Shown: positions 28,862 through 39,141 of the stretch, one piece after another
Position numbering within the stretch: position 1 is the first letter of the stretch
How the letters are laid out: the number at the start of each line of letters is the position of its first letter
DNA from: Polyangiales bacterium
GTDB taxonomy: Bacteria > Myxococcota_A > Polyangia > Polyangiales > JADJQN01
NCBI GenBank assembly: GCA_964202905.1
Contig: CAXNJO010000001.1
Location: 736,001 to 800,000, forward strand
DNA length: 64,000 bases
Direction: 5' to 3'
Translations under genes and position numbers: made by a program
The notes under the pieces: model-generated
The model's database searches: none
Told to the model about the DNA's origin: nothing
Seen by the model: only the letters and a program-made list of their open reading frames with translations

Positions 28862-30193
28862 TCAGAGCAGCTCGGTCGCGCGCTCGGCGAGCTCGGAGCG
28901 CTCGCCCTTCGTGAGCGTGACGTGCCCCGCGATGTGCTCGCGCTTGAAGCGCTCCGCCACGACGGAGAGCCCGTTCGAGGCGGCGTCCACGTACGGGTTG
29001 TCGATCTGGTCGGGGTCGCCCGTCAGCACGATCTTCGTGTCCGAGCCGCAGCGCGTGATGATCGTCTTGACCTCGTGCGGCGTGAGGTTCTGCGCCTCGT
29101 CCACGATGAGGAACTGGTTCGGCAGCGAGCGCCCGCGGATGTACGTGAGCGGCTCGACCTCGATGACGCCGCTCGCGACGAGCTCGGCGTAGCTGCGCCC
29201 CTCGCCCGCGCGTCCGCGGCCGGTCGCGAAGATGTACTCGAGGTTGTCGAAGATCGGCTGCATCCAGGGGTTGAGCTTCTCTTCGAGGTCGCCGGGCAGG
29301 TAGCCGACGTCGCGGCCCAGCGGGAAGATCGGGCGCGACACGAGCAGCCGCGCGTACACGCCCTCGTCGATGACCTTCTTGAGGCCCGCGGCGATCGCGA
29401 GCAGCGTCTTGCCCGTGCCCGCCTTGCCCACGAGGGTCACGAGGTTGATCGAGTCGTCGAGGAGCACGTCGAGCGCGAAGTTCTGCTCGAGGTTGCGCGG
29501 CCGCACGCCCCACGCGCCGTCGCGCGCGACGCGCAGCGGGCGCACGAGATCCTTACGCGCGTCGAAGCGACCGAGCGCGGTGTGGCTCGGGTTCTCGGCG
29601 TCGCGCAGGACGAGGCAGGCGTTGGGGAAGAGCGCGGCGCCCTGCGCGCCGAGGTCCGCGAGCGGCACCTCGCCCTTGCCGCCGAGCTGATCGACCACGC
29701 CCGCGTCGACCGCGAGCTCGAGCGTGCCCGTGTACAGGTCGTCGTACGAGATGCGCGCGTTCTCGTAGTTCTCCGCGCGCAGGCCGAGCGCGTCGGCGCG
29801 GATGCGGAGGTTGGCGTCCATCGTGACGAACACCGTCGGCGTGCCGGAGTGCGTGTCGCGCTCGGTGATGGCCGTCTGCACGATCGCGTGGTCCATCGCG
29901 GCGTTGTCGAGCTTCTTCAGCGCGAGCACGTCCTTCGGCACCGCGACGCGCAGGCGCCCGCCCCCCGCGAGACGACAACCTTCTTGCAGTGTCCCGCCCG
30001 TGGCCTCGCGCAGCTCGTCGAGCGTGCGGGTGAACGTGCGCGCGTTGCGCCCGACCTCGCTCATCTCGCGCTTGAACTGGTCGATCTCCTCGATGACGTG
30101 GATCGGGATGACCACGTCGTTGTCCTCGAACTTGTCGATCGCGCGCGGGTCGTGGAGCAGCACATTGGTGTCGAGGACGTAGATCTTTTTCAC
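28862..30193 (-). CDS. PhoH2/YlaK-type PIN + PhoH ATPase
   Basis: YVLDTNVLLHDP (PIN), GKAGTGKT, RDVGYLPG, YIRGRS, DEAQN, GDPDQID. Confidence 0.93.
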   Translation of the reverse strand: MKKIYVLDTNVLLHDPRAIDKFEDNDVVIPIHVIEEIDQFKREMSEVGRNARTFTRTLDELREATGGTLQEGCRLAGGGRLRVAVPKDVLALKKLDNAAMDHAIVQTAITERDTHSGTPTVFVTMDANLRIRADALGLRAENYENARISYDDLYTGTLELAVDAGVVDQLGGKGEVPLADLGAQGAALFPNACLVLRDAENPSHTALGRFDARKDLVRPLRVARDGAWGVRPRNLEQNFALDVLLDDSINLVTLVGKAGTGKTLLAIAAGLKKVIDEGVYARLLVSRPIFPLGRDVGYLPGDLEEKLNPWMQPIFDNLEYIFATGRGRAGEGRSYAELVASGVIEVEPLTYIRGRSLPNQFLIVDEAQNLTPHEVKTIITRCGSDTKIVLTGDPDQIDNPYVDAASNGLSVVAERFKREHIAGHVTLTKGERSELAERATELL

Positions 30194-30243
30194 GCTCCGG
30201 ACGGTAGCAGACGCGTGCGCCGTCTCGGCGTGTCGGCGCGCGC

Positions 30244-30759
30244 TCATCGCTTGCCCCGCGCGCCGCGCCGCGCGAGCGCCTCGTCGTAGGCGGCGCGCAC
30301 GGCGCGGAACTCGGCCGCGTCGCCGCCCTGATCGGGGTGCGTCTCGAGCGCGCGGCGTCGGAACGCGCGCTTGATCTCGTCGGGCGAGGCGAGCCGCTCG
30401 ACGCCCAGCACCGACCACACCGAGCGCGGCGTGGACCCCGGCGGCGGCGCGGGACGGGGTGCCCGCGGAGCGCCGTCGAGCGCGGCGAGGTCCCGCGGCG
30501 TGAACGGCGCCTGCCCGCGCAGGATGCGGTTCCACGCGTTCGCCCAGCGGAAGTCGAGCTCGCGGAGCGCGCGTCCCGCGGCGCGCTCGGCCTCGCGCCG
30601 GGCCTCGTCCATCGACGCTGCGCCGCCGTGCGAGGCGTCGGGCCTGCGGAAGGGCGTGCGCGTCGGCGCGCCCGTCCACCAGGCGGCCCAGAAGAAGCGC
30701 CCGCGCCGCGTGGGCGTGATCGAGACCAGCCCCGTGCCGAGCGCGCTCCGCTCCGTCAC
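30244..30759 (-). CDS. J-domain protein (C-terminal J domain)
   Basis: VLGV...EIKRAFRRRALETHPDQGG; GTG start overlaps the upstream stop. Confidence 0.82.
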   Translation of the reverse strand: MTERSALGTGLVSITPTRRGRFFWAAWWTGAPTRTPFRRPDASHGGAASMDEARREAERAAGRALRELDFRWANAWNRILRGQAPFTPRDLAALDGAPRAPRPAPPPGSTPRSVWSVLGVERLASPDEIKRAFRRRALETHPDQGGDAAEFRAVRAAYDEALARRGARGKR

Positions 30760-32171
30760 AGCACGACGAGCAGGTACTCGCCCGCGCGCTCGACGCCGCC
30801 CGAGACGTACGTGTCGAGCACGATCGTGAAGGTGCCCGCGCCGAGGTCGAGCCCGACGTGCGTGTCGTGCCGCGCGAGGCAGCCCGCGGGTGCGCCCGAC
30901 GCGTCGAGCACGTGCACGTCGACGTCGACGGTGCCGCGGTCGAAGAGCCACACGTCCACGCGGCGGGGCGCGCCGAGCGAGAGCGTGTAGACGTACTCGG
31001 GCCCGCCCTCGTTCGCGGTCGAGCCGCAGCCCCCGTAGGTGCTGCGCGTTCGCTCGGTCGCGAAGACCGTGTTGCGCGCGTCGGTGAAGGGCAGCGTGTC
31101 GACGATGAATGGCGATTCAGTCGTGCCCGCACCCACGCGGCGGGGCCCGGGATCGTCGGGCGGTGGCTCGCCCGCGGCGACCACGCGGCGCGCGCGGTCG
31201 AGCGCCTCGAGCGTGACGAGGTTCCGCACGTTGTAGCCGTACGTGAGGCCCGCCGCGGTGAAGTCGCAGGCGCCGCCGGGGGCGAGGTTCGGGTGCACTC
31301 CGTCGCTGCCGAGCCCGTGCCCGGGGAGCGGCAGCAGCGCGCCGTGGAAGTCGACGTACGGCACCTGCCGCGCCTCGGCGACGGCGCGCACGATCGCCTT
31401 GTAGAGGGGCACACGCGCGTCGGCGGCGGCGTCGTCGTCGCGCGGCGGGAAGGTCGAGACGATCGGCACGACGCCGCGCCCGGTCAGCGTGTCGACGAGG
31501 TCGAGCACGTTGTCCGCGTAGCGCGTGGGTGTGTTCGCGCCGATGTCGTTGGTGCCGTACATGACGACGGCGAAAGCGGGGCGGGCCGCGTCGAGCTCCT
31601 GCACGACGCGCGGCGGCGTCGTGCCCTCGACCACGCTCCACGCGCTCCAGCCGACGCCCGCGGCGAGCGAGGTGCGCGTGTACGGGCTCGTGCCTGCGGC
31701 GTCGCCCGCGCCGAAGTGCGCGACCGTGCCGGCGAGCGCGTCGCGCCCGCCGAGGTTCACGCGGCTGCCCGCGAGGCAGTGCAGAAAGCCCGTCGAGACG
31801 GTGATCGAGTCGCCGACCTTCGCGAGCACGTCTTCACGCAGCGTCGGGTCGTTCGTGCGGATGCGCGCGAGCTCGGCGGCCACGTACGGGCTGAGCGGCG
31901 AGTGGCGCGCGTCGGCCGGATAGCGCGTCGGCTCGGGCGGCAGCCCTGCATCGGGCATCCCCGCATCAGGCGGGCCCGCGTCCTCCCCACCGAGGTCCGC
32001 GACGACCTCGTCGACGCCCGCATCGCTCCGCGTCTCCGCGTCCATCGCGAGCCCCGCATCCGCGGTTGGCCCGCGCCCCGGCGTGAGGTCCACGTCACCG
32101 CACGCCGCGAGCGCGAGCGCGAGCAGCGCGATGAGCGCGGAAGTCCGGTTGAAAGACCGAGCGAGGGTCAC
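30756..32171 (-). CDS. SGNH/GDSL hydrolase lipoprotein with C-terminal PPC-like domain
   Basis: Lipobox LAAC; KVGDSIT, MYGTND, DGVHP. Confidence 0.85.
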   Translation of the reverse strand: MTLARSFNRTSALIALLALALAACGDVDLTPGRGPTADAGLAMDAETRSDAGVDEVVADLGGEDAGPPDAGMPDAGLPPEPTRYPADARHSPLSPYVAAELARIRTNDPTLREDVLAKVGDSITVSTGFLHCLAGSRVNLGGRDALAGTVAHFGAGDAAGTSPYTRTSLAAGVGWSAWSVVEGTTPPRVVQELDAARPAFAVVMYGTNDIGANTPTRYADNVLDLVDTLTGRGVVPIVSTFPPRDDDAAADARVPLYKAIVRAVAEARQVPYVDFHGALLPLPGHGLGSDGVHPNLAPGGACDFTAAGLTYGYNVRNLVTLEALDRARRVVAAGEPPPDDPGPRRVGAGTTESPFIVDTLPFTDARNTVFATERTRSTYGGCGSTANEGGPEYVYTLSLGAPRRVDVWLFDRGTVDVDVHVLDASGAPAGCLARHDTHVGLDLGAGTFTIVLDTYVSGGVERAGEYLLVVL

Positions 32172-32791
32172 TCAGGGAGAGGGAGGCCGTCGCAGAGCAC
32201 GATCCGGAAGTGCGCGGGGCCGGTCTCGGACTCGGGGGTGTAGAGGTCGCGGCGGACGGTCATCGCGCCGCGCTGCTCGAGGCCGATCATCTTGTTCATC
32301 TGCGCGCCGCAGAGGACGTCGCCCTCGATCTGCGGGTTGCCCACGTCGTCCATCGTCTTCGCGATGTTGGTGACCTGGCACGGCGCCTCGAGCGAGGGCG
32401 TGCCGCCGCTGACGGTGCCGACGAAGGTGTTGCCGCCCTCGGTGACGGTGACCTGACCCGAGGTGCCCACCGGGAGGCCCGTCGCCGCGTTGTACGCGAC
32501 GTTGGCGAGCGCGATGCTGAAGCGCGTGCGCATGTCGATCGGGTCGACCGCCGAGAGGCGGAAGGCGAGGGTCGAGCCGGCGCTCGAGGTGCCCGCAGTG
32601 CAGCTCACCGTGATGCCGCCCTCGTTGTTGTAGCCGTTGATGTCGCGGTCCTTCGAGAAGCAGCCGCTGCGGCCGCCGCAGCCGAGCGTGTAGCGGAAGT
32701 CGGCGAGCGGCTCGATGGGCTCGTCGTCGCCGCAGCCGGCGACACCGAGGACCGAGAGGAGCGCGAGCGAGGAGAGCGAGAGGCGGCGCAT
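32168..32791 (-). CDS. hypothetical lipoprotein
   Basis: MRRLSLSSLALLSVLGVAG-C lipobox; strong codon bias; GTGA overlap with downstream gene. Confidence 0.8.
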   Translation of the reverse strand: MRRLSLSSLALLSVLGVAGCGDDEPIEPLADFRYTLGCGGRSGCFSKDRDINGYNNEGGITVSCTAGTSSAGSTLAFRLSAVDPIDMRTRFSIALANVAYNAATGLPVGTSGQVTVTEGGNTFVGTVSGGTPSLEAPCQVTNIAKTMDDVGNPQIEGDVLCGAQMNKMIGLEQRGAMTVRRDLYTPESETGPAHFRIVLCDGLPLPE

Positions 32792-32844
32792 GCGGGGGAT
32801 CCTCCGAGGCGGGGGCGCACGGCCCTCCGAAGACTGAGGCGGGG

Positions 32845-32873
32845 AGGCTAACGCCCGCGCCGCGGGGTGGCAA
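32845..32873 (-). promoter_or_regulatory. sigma70-like promoter TTGCCA-N17-TAGCCT
   Basis: Minus-strand -35 at 32873-32868 and -10 at 32850-32845, upstream of the lipoprotein/SGNH/J-domain run. Confidence 0.55.
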
Positions 32874-32892
32874 CCAAGGGCGCGCCGCGCGC

Positions 32893-34084
32893 TCAGCGCG
32901 ACGCAGCCGCGGCGGCGTCGAGCCCGCGCGCGAGGTCGGTCTGCAGATCGTCGAACGCCTCGAGGCCGACCGAGAGCCGGATGAGCCCGTCCGAGATGCC
33001 GAGCTTCGCGCGCGTCTCCGCGGGCACCGAGCCGTGCGTCATCACCGCGGGGAGCTCGATGAGCGACTCGACGCCGCCGAGGCTCTCCGCGCACACGAAG
33101 ATGCGCGTTGTGCGGAGCAGCGCGCGCGAGGCCGCCTCGCCGCCGCGCACCACGAACGAGATCATGCCCCCCGGCCCGCGCATCTGCGCCTGCGCGAGCG
33201 CGTGCTGCGGGTGCGAGGCGAGCCCCGGGTAGTAGACGCGCTCGACCTGCGGCTGCTGCTCGAGCCACGCCGCGAGCTTCGCCGCGCTCTCGACGTGGCG
33301 CGCCATGCGCACGGGCAGCGTCTTCACGCCGCGCAACACGAGGAAGCAGTCGAAGGGCGAGGGCACGCCGCCGAGCGCGTTCTGCAGGAAGCGCAGGCGC
33401 TCGGCGAGCGCGGCGTCGCTCGTGAGGATCACGCCGCCGACCACGTCGCTGTGGCCGTTCAGGTACTTCGTCATCGAGTGCAGGACGAGGTCCGCGCCGA
33501 GCTCGAGAGGACGTTGCAGGATGGGGGTCGCGAAGGTGTTGTCGACGCCCACCTTCACGCCGTGCGCGTGCGCGATGTCCGCGACGGCGCGGATGTCGAC
33601 GAGCTTCAGCATCGGGTTCGTCGGCGTCTCGATCCAGACGAGGCGCGTCTCGGGCCGGATGGCCGCGGCGACGTTCGCGGGGTTCGTCATGTCGACCCAC
33701 GAGGTCGTGATGCCGAGCGGCGCCATGACCTTGTCGAGGATGCGGAAGGTGCCGCCGTACACGTCGTCGCAGGCGACGATGTGCTCGCCCGCGCGCAGCG
33801 TGTGAAAGAGCGTCGTCATCGCCGCGCAGCCCGACGCGAAGGCGAGGCCGTGCGCGGCGCCCTCGAGCGCGGCGAGGCAGGCCTCGAGCGTCTGACGCGT
33901 GGGGTTGCCCGTGCGCGCGTACTCGAAGCCCTTGTGCACGCCGGGGCCGTCCTGCGCGAAGGTGCTCGCGAGCACGATCGGCGGCATCACGGCGCCCGAG
34001 ACCGGGATCGGGCTGCTGGCCCGCGTGGATGGCGAGCGTGTCGAGGTGGTAGGTCGCGTCGGGGGCGTCGGGGGCGTGGGACAT
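32893..34084 (-). CDS. cystathionine gamma-synthase/gamma-lyase (MetB/MccB-like), +1 frameshift near 34005
   Basis: TLAIHAGQQPDP (ATG 34084 frame) joins GAVMPPI...YARTGNPTR, ETPTNP, DNTFATP, SMTKYLNGHSD (PLP Lys), AESLGGVESL, RLSVGLE after removing one base. Confidence 0.9.
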
Positions 34085-34192
34085 CAGGGGCGCGAGCGTG
34101 GCGCGCGCGTCGCGGCGCGGCAAACGTCGCGCCGGCGAGGCCCGAATCTCCGTGCGCGGCCGCGTTCTTCGGGCACATTGCGCCACCCCGCG

Positions 34193-34768
34193 ATGCCCTC
34201 CGCGAAGCGCCCGTCTCCGCCCGCCAACCCCCGCGCGAAGCGCGCGCGGACCGCCCCGCTCGCGTCTCCGACCGCGCCCGTCGAGCCTTCCCGCACGGAT
34301 GAGCGCCCGCTCGGCAAGACGCTCGCGTTCATGCAGCAGCTCTGGCGGCTCACGCACGCGCTCGACGCGATGTCGAAGCACATGGAGGCGATCCACGGCG
34401 TGACCGGCCCGCAGCGGCTCGCGCTGCGCCTCGTCGGCCGCGCGCCCGGCATCTCCGCGGGGGCGCTCGCGGAGGCCCTGCGCCTGCACCCGAGCACGCT
34501 CACCGGCATCGTGCGCCGCCTCGTCGAGCGCGAGTTCCTCGCGCGCACGCCGGACCCGGAGGACGCGCGCCGCGCGCTGCTCTCGCTGCGGCCCGCGGGC
34601 TGCAGCCTCGACGAGCAGCGCACGCACACGGTCGAGGCCGCCGTGCGCCGCGCCATGCAGCGCGTCAGCCCCGAGCAGCTCGCGGGCGCCTCCGCCGTGA
34701 TCGCCGAGCTGATCCGCGAGCTCGAGCGCGAGACGGCCGCCTCCGCGGCCCGCGGCGCCGCGCGCTGA
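34193..34768 (+). CDS. MarR family transcriptional regulator
   Basis: GVTGPQ...LAEALRLHPSTLTGIVRRL...DPEDARR winged HTH. Confidence 0.9.
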   Translation: MPSAKRPSPPANPRAKRARTAPLASPTAPVEPSRTDERPLGKTLAFMQQLWRLTHALDAMSKHMEAIHGVTGPQRLALRLVGRAPGISAGALAEALRLHPSTLTGIVRRLVEREFLARTPDPEDARRALLSLRPAGCSLDEQRTHTVEAAVRRAMQRVSPEQLAGASAVIAELIRELERETAASAARGAAR

Positions 34769-34849
34769 CCGAAAATAGGCCGAAAAGCCCCGAAAAAGGA
34801 GCCTTCTTGCAGGCGAGGGCGGCGGTGAGCGGCCCGCCGTCGCGCCGCG

Positions 34850-36121
34850 TCAGGTGCGCACGCCGTAGAGGCGGTAGACGCGGTCGAGCTTGCCGCCGAG
34901 CGCCTGGATCGGGCTGTTGATCAGGTCGTTGTCCTCGAGGGTCCAGCCGATCTCGCCGCCCGACATGCCGAGCTCCTTCGCGCGGAGCGCCGTCTCGACG
35001 CAGAGCAGCGACTCGACGCCGCGCTTGCGGTACGCCGGCACGACACCGAGCGTGAAGAGGCGGCCCGTCTTCACGGACTTCATGCCCGTGAGCAGCTTGT
35101 ACCAGCCGAAGGGGAAGAGGCGGCCGTCGCGCGGCATGACCTGGTTGACGTCGGGCAGCGTGACGGAGAAACCGACCGGCTTGCCGGCGCGGTCCTCGAC
35201 GACGAGCACGAGGCTGTCGACGATGATCTGCTTCAGGTCCTTCGCGATCATCTTGAACTCGGCCTCGCTCACCGGGACGAAGCCCCAGTTGCGCTGCCAG
35301 GCCTGGTTGTAGATCGTGAAGATCGTCGCGACCTCGCGCTCGAACTCGCCCATGCGCGCGCCGCGGATCGTGAGGCCCGAGCGCTTCTTCACCTTCTCGG
35401 CGATGTCGGCGAAGCGCTTGAGGCGCGGGTCGTCGAGGCCGCGCGTCACGTCGATCCACCAGGCGTGCAGGTCCTTCGCCTTCGCGAGGCCGTACGACTC
35501 GAGCAGGCCCGCGTAGTAGGCGGGGTTGTAGGTCATCTCGATGACCGGTGGCCGCTCGAAGTTCTGCACCAGCAGGCCGCACTGGTGGTTGGTGGTGAAG
35601 TTCATCGGGCCGATGATCTCGGTCGCCCCGCGCGACCGCACCCAGCGCAGCGCCTCGTCGAGCAGCGCGTGCGCGACGCGCCGATCGTCGATCGACTCGA
35701 AGAAGCCGAACCAGCCCGCCTTGGTGCCGTGGTAGGCGTCGTACGCGCGGTCGATGTGGCCCGTGATGCGGCCGACGCAGCGCCCCTCGCGGTACGCGAG
35801 GACCGCGTGGATCTCGAGCTGCGCGAGGCTCTGGTTCTTCGCGAGGTCGAGGAAGTGCATCTGCTGCATGCGCAGCGGCGCGATGAAGTGCGGGTCGCCC
35901 GCGTAGAGCGGGTGGATCATGTCGACGAAGCGCGCGCGGTCGCCGCGCTTGCGGAGGTCGACGACCTCGAGGGTCACCGCGCCCGGGTCGCGCGAGCGGG
36001 TCGGCGGGCCGGGCTCCCAGCGCGGGAGATCGCTGGGCGGCTTGCCGAAGGGGTGCTCCTCCGCGGCGGTGCGCGACGGTTCGGAGGGCGGGCTCGGCGG
36101 GCGCGGATCAGGGCTCGACAT
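34850..36121 (-). CDS. YghO-like GNAT N-acetyltransferase
   Basis: VGRI, GWFGFFES, GPMNF, YNPAYY, NWGFVP, LGVVPAYRKRGV, WTLEDN. Confidence 0.85.
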   Translation of the reverse strand: MSSPDPRPPSPPSEPSRTAAEEHPFGKPPSDLPRWEPGPPTRSRDPGAVTLEVVDLRKRGDRARFVDMIHPLYAGDPHFIAPLRMQQMHFLDLAKNQSLAQLEIHAVLAYREGRCVGRITGHIDRAYDAYHGTKAGWFGFFESIDDRRVAHALLDEALRWVRSRGATEIIGPMNFTTNHQCGLLVQNFERPPVIEMTYNPAYYAGLLESYGLAKAKDLHAWWIDVTRGLDDPRLKRFADIAEKVKKRSGLTIRGARMGEFEREVATIFTIYNQAWQRNWGFVPVSEAEFKMIAKDLKQIIVDSLVLVVEDRAGKPVGFSVTLPDVNQVMPRDGRLFPFGWYKLLTGMKSVKTGRLFTLGVVPAYRKRGVESLLCVETALRAKELGMSGGEIGWTLEDNDLINSPIQALGGKLDRVYRLYGVRT

Positions 36122-36207
36122 GGCGCGGCGCAGCATCGAACCAAACCCCGGCGGAGGCAAGCGTTCCGCGGCGCGCCGCGGCGCGTGACGCGGTGTGAAC
36201 CGCGCCG

Positions 36208-36852
36208 TCAGGGGCCGACGACGAAGGGCGCGGCGACGACCGCGCAGCGCCCGGCGCCCGGCGCTGGGAACGTCCAGCGCAGCGCGGCGCGTCCGACGCA
36301 GCCGATGAGGGCGTCGTCCTGCACGCCGCCGACGTGCACCGCCTCGACCGCGCCTGCGCCGCCGACGCGCAGGCGCACGTCGAGACGGCCGGCGAGCGTC
36401 GGGACCGCCGCGCGCCGCGCCTCGATGCACGCGAGCACGGCGCGTCCCTCGCGCCCGATCACGGCGCGCACCGCGCCCGCATCGAGCTGCGCTTCGCACG
36501 ACCAGGTGGGCGGCGCCGTGTCGCGCACCTGCGTCACGGGCGGGGCGCTCGCGGCCGCCGTGGCGGGCGCGCGTCCCGCAGGCGCATCGCCGGGCACCGC
36601 GTTGCGGGCCGGCCCGACCGCGGGCCCAGCGGCCGTCGCCGCGACCAGGGCCGTGTCACGCGCGGCGAGCCGCTCCTCGAGCGAATCGACCCGCGCGGCG
36701 AGCCGCAAGTGCCCCCAGGCGGCCCCGGCGACGAGCAGCGCGGTGAGCGCCCACGGGCCGTAGTAGCGCAGCACGGGCGCGAGCGGCGGCGCGTTCGGCG
36801 TCGTCCGTCCGTGTTGCGGTGGTTCGCCGCGCGTCTCGTCGGGGTCGCTCAT
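36208..36852 (-). CDS. membrane-anchored AgmX/PglI C-terminal (TonB-C-like) domain protein
   Basis: One TM, Pro/Ala linker, AVLACIE...LAGRL...IGCV...WTFPAP. Confidence 0.75.
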   Translation of the reverse strand: MSDPDETRGEPPQHGRTTPNAPPLAPVLRYYGPWALTALLVAGAAWGHLRLAARVDSLEERLAARDTALVAATAAGPAVGPARNAVPGDAPAGRAPATAAASAPPVTQVRDTAPPTWSCEAQLDAGAVRAVIGREGRAVLACIEARRAAVPTLAGRLDVRLRVGGAGAVEAVHVGGVQDDALIGCVGRAALRWTFPAPGAGRCAVVAAPFVVGP

Positions 36853-36865
36853 CGGGATGCGACGC

Positions 36866-38605
36866 TCAGTCCTCGAAGATTACCCGGCACGTCGTGGTCG
36901 TGTCGCTGTAGCCGCCGCCCGCCACGTTGAGCAGGGCCCAGCCCACGCCCGGATCCGCGCGGCCGTTGGACGTGCCCGTCCACGTCTCGGCGTCGGTGAG
37001 GTAGCAGTCCCACGGCGTCCATTCGTTGACGCCGCCGTTGCTGTCGGTCCCATCCACGTCGTTGTTCGAGACGCGCCACGCGCGCGTCGACGTGGAGAGG
37101 AACAGCCTTTCCGACCGCGATGCGGAGTTCCCCGTACCATCCCAATTGACCATCACGATCGTCGTCTGGCACCCGTCGGCGTCGCGGCAGAGCGCGTCGA
37201 GAATCGTGTTGTCGATCGGCACCACGCGACCGATGTTCGCGGGGGGCGCCTCGATGACGTAGCGCCGCGTGCTCATCTCGTACGCGCCGGGCGACGCCGC
37301 ACCGACCTGGATCAGGCCGTCCGAGCGGAGCTCGCCGTTGACGTCCACGAGCGTGCCGCCCGCGGGCGCGACGAGCAGGCCGTTCGAGATGCTGAGGGAG
37401 TCGCTCGCTTCGGCGTCGGAGATGACACCATCGTCCGCGATGGTGTCGGCCGTCGGGTCGCCCGTGGCGCTGACGCACGTCACCGTGCCGTTCGTCGCGA
37501 TCGAGGCGATGGCCTGTCCCGCCGGGCAGGTGCCGGTCACGCGCGCCTGGAGCGCCGCGGTGTCGACCGCGAAGGTCGTGCCGGTGAGCGTGAGGCCCGC
37601 GCCCGCGGCGTAGGTGGTGTCGTCGTCGGCCTCGCAGGTGACGGCGCCGTCGGCGGCGATCGCGCGGATCGACTGGCCGGGCGCGCACGTGGCGGAGACG
37701 CGCGCCTGGACGGCGGCGGTGTCGACCGAGAAGGTGCTGCCCGCGAGCGTGAGGCCCGCGCCCGCGGCGTAGGTGGTGTCGTCGTCGGCCTCGCAGGTGA
37801 CGGCGCCGTCGGCGGCGATCGCGCGGATCGATTGGCCGGGCGCGCACGTGGCGGAGACGCGGGCCTGGACGGCGGCGGTGTCGACGGAGAAGGTGCTGCC
37901 CGCGAGCGTGAGGCCTGCGCCCGCGGTGTAGGTGGTGCCCGCGGCGCCCGCGTCGTCGATCTCGCAGGTGACGGAGCCGTCCGCGCCGATCGCGCGGATC
38001 GACTGGCCGGGCGCGCAGGTCGCGGTGACGCGGGCCTGGATCGTGGCGGTGTCGACGGCGAAGGTGTTGTCCGTGAGGGCGAGGCCTGCGCCCGCCGCGT
38101 AGGTGTTGCCGTCGTCGGTGCCGTCCGCGAAGCCCGTCGGCACCCCGGTGAGCTGCGCCCAGTCGACGTCGCCGGCGTAGTTCTCCGCGGTGTCGGCGCT
38201 TGCTGCGCGGAAGGCGTAGGGCACGGCGGAGAGCGGGATCGGCGCCATCTCCTCGCCGTCCACGGTGACGACGAGCGACACCGGACCGGCATCGAAGAGC
38301 GCCGGATCGATCGGCGTCGTGCCGCCGAGCGTGAGCGTGAAGAGGCCCGCCTGCAGGGTCGTGCTCTGCGCCTCCGTCCACAGCGAGCGCGTCGCGGTGC
38401 GGAGCTCCATCGCGAAGGGCACGGTGCCCTCGACGGGCGTGCCCGCGTCGTCGCGCAGGATGCCCTGCACGGTCATCGTGCCGGGGACCTGGGCCGCCGC
38501 GCGCGAGGGCGCGAGGCCCGCTTCCGCGCCGAGCCCCGCGAGGGCGAGCGCCGCGAGCGCCGTGAGCGCCGCCCGTGTCCGCATCCTGTCGAACGTCGTT
38601 CCCAT
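36866..38605 (-). CDS. secreted fibre-like protein with four 53-aa Cys-pair repeats
   Basis: Signal peptide (AAA-QVP), QGILRD...LWTE...GLFTLTLG...VPYA N-domain, repeats TYAAGAGL...QARV...C..GQSIRAI..DG.VTC, Trp/Asn-rich C-domain; start uncertain. Confidence 0.8.
   Translation of the reverse strand: MGTTFDRMRTRAALTALAALALAGLGAEAGLAPSRAAAQVPGTMTVQGILRDDAGTPVEGTVPFAMELRTATRSLWTEAQSTTLQAGLFTLTLGGTTPIDPALFDAGPVSLVVTVDGEEMAPIPLSAVPYAFRAASADTAENYAGDVDWAQLTGVPTGFADGTDDGNTYAAGAGLALTDNTFAVDTATIQARVTATCAPGQSIRAIGADGSVTCEIDDAGAAGTTYTAGAGLTLAGSTFSVDTAAVQARVSATCAPGQSIRAIAADGAVTCEADDDTTYAAGAGLTLAGSTFSVDTAAVQARVSATCAPGQSIRAIAADGAVTCEADDDTTYAAGAGLTLTGTTFAVDTAALQARVTGTCPAGQAIASIATNGTVTCVSATGDPTADTIADDGVISDAEASDSLSISNGLLVAPAGGTLVDVNGELRSDGLIQVGAASPGAYEMSTRRYVIEAPPANIGRVVPIDNTILDALCRDADGCQTTIVMVNWDGTGNSASRSERLFLSTSTRAWRVSNNDVDGTDSNGGVNEWTPWDCYLTDAETWTGTSNGRADPGVGWALLNVAGGGYSDTTTTCRVIFED
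37465..38108 (-). repeat. four in-frame 159-bp-type repeats; middle two nearly identical
   Basis: TAGGTGGTGTCGTCGTCGGCCTCGCAGG at 37611 and 37770 (159-bp period). Confidence 0.9.
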
Positions 38606-38775
38606 GTGCCCCGTCCGTTCGCGTCGCATCGCACCCTCCCGGTCGAACCCTCCGCGAGCATCCGGCAAGCCGGGCGCGCGCGTCAATCGCGCATGTGCCC
38701 TCGAGACTCGGTCCCCTCGCGGTTGACAGGGCGCCCTCGCTTGACGGAGAGTCCGCCTTCGGAGGCAACGTCGCG

Positions 38776-39141
38776 ATGTCCTCGATCCGAGGGTGGCTGC
38801 ATGTAGGGATCGTCGTGTGCGCCGGCCTCGTGGGCTGCGGGACCGGCAGCGGCGGGACCATCACGGTTCCGTGCGATGAGGCGCGCTGCAACGAGTCGTG
38901 CGTCGGCGAGGGCGACGCGAGCGGGGCCTGCCGCGAGGATGCGTGCGTCTGCGTGCCCATCCTGCGTCCGCCCCCCGGCGCGTCGGTGGGGATCTCCTCG
39001 GGCGGCGTCGTCGCGCGCCGCTCGAACGGCTATTCGATCGAGCTCTCCGTCGGGCCGGTGACGCCCGCTGCGACGCCTGCCGGGCCTGCGAATGTCGAGA
39101 TCGGCGTCACGCCGCAGGCCGACCCCGCCCGCACGCCGTGA
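38776..39141 (+). CDS. small Cys-rich lipoprotein
   Basis: GGAGG RBS; lipobox LVGC; six further Cys; C-terminal SSGG...GYSIELSVG segment. Confidence 0.78.
   Translation: MSSIRGWLHVGIVVCAGLVGCGTGSGGTITVPCDEARCNESCVGEGDASGACREDACVCVPILRPPPGASVGISSGGVVARRSNGYSIELSVGPVTPAATPAGPANVEIGVTPQADPARTP

Noticed and set aside
34085..34192. SAM or other riboswitch upstream of the trans-sulfuration gene
   Set aside because: No recognisable conserved core; short divergent promoter region shared with marR
37465..38108. Diversity-generating retroelement TR/VR pair
   Set aside because: Repeats are in-frame tandem units with mostly synonymous differences; no adenine-specific pattern and no reverse transcriptase
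36866..38605. Prophage or tailocin tail-fibre locus
   Set aside because: Protein has a Sec-type signal peptide and no phage structural, lysis or integrase genes are nearby
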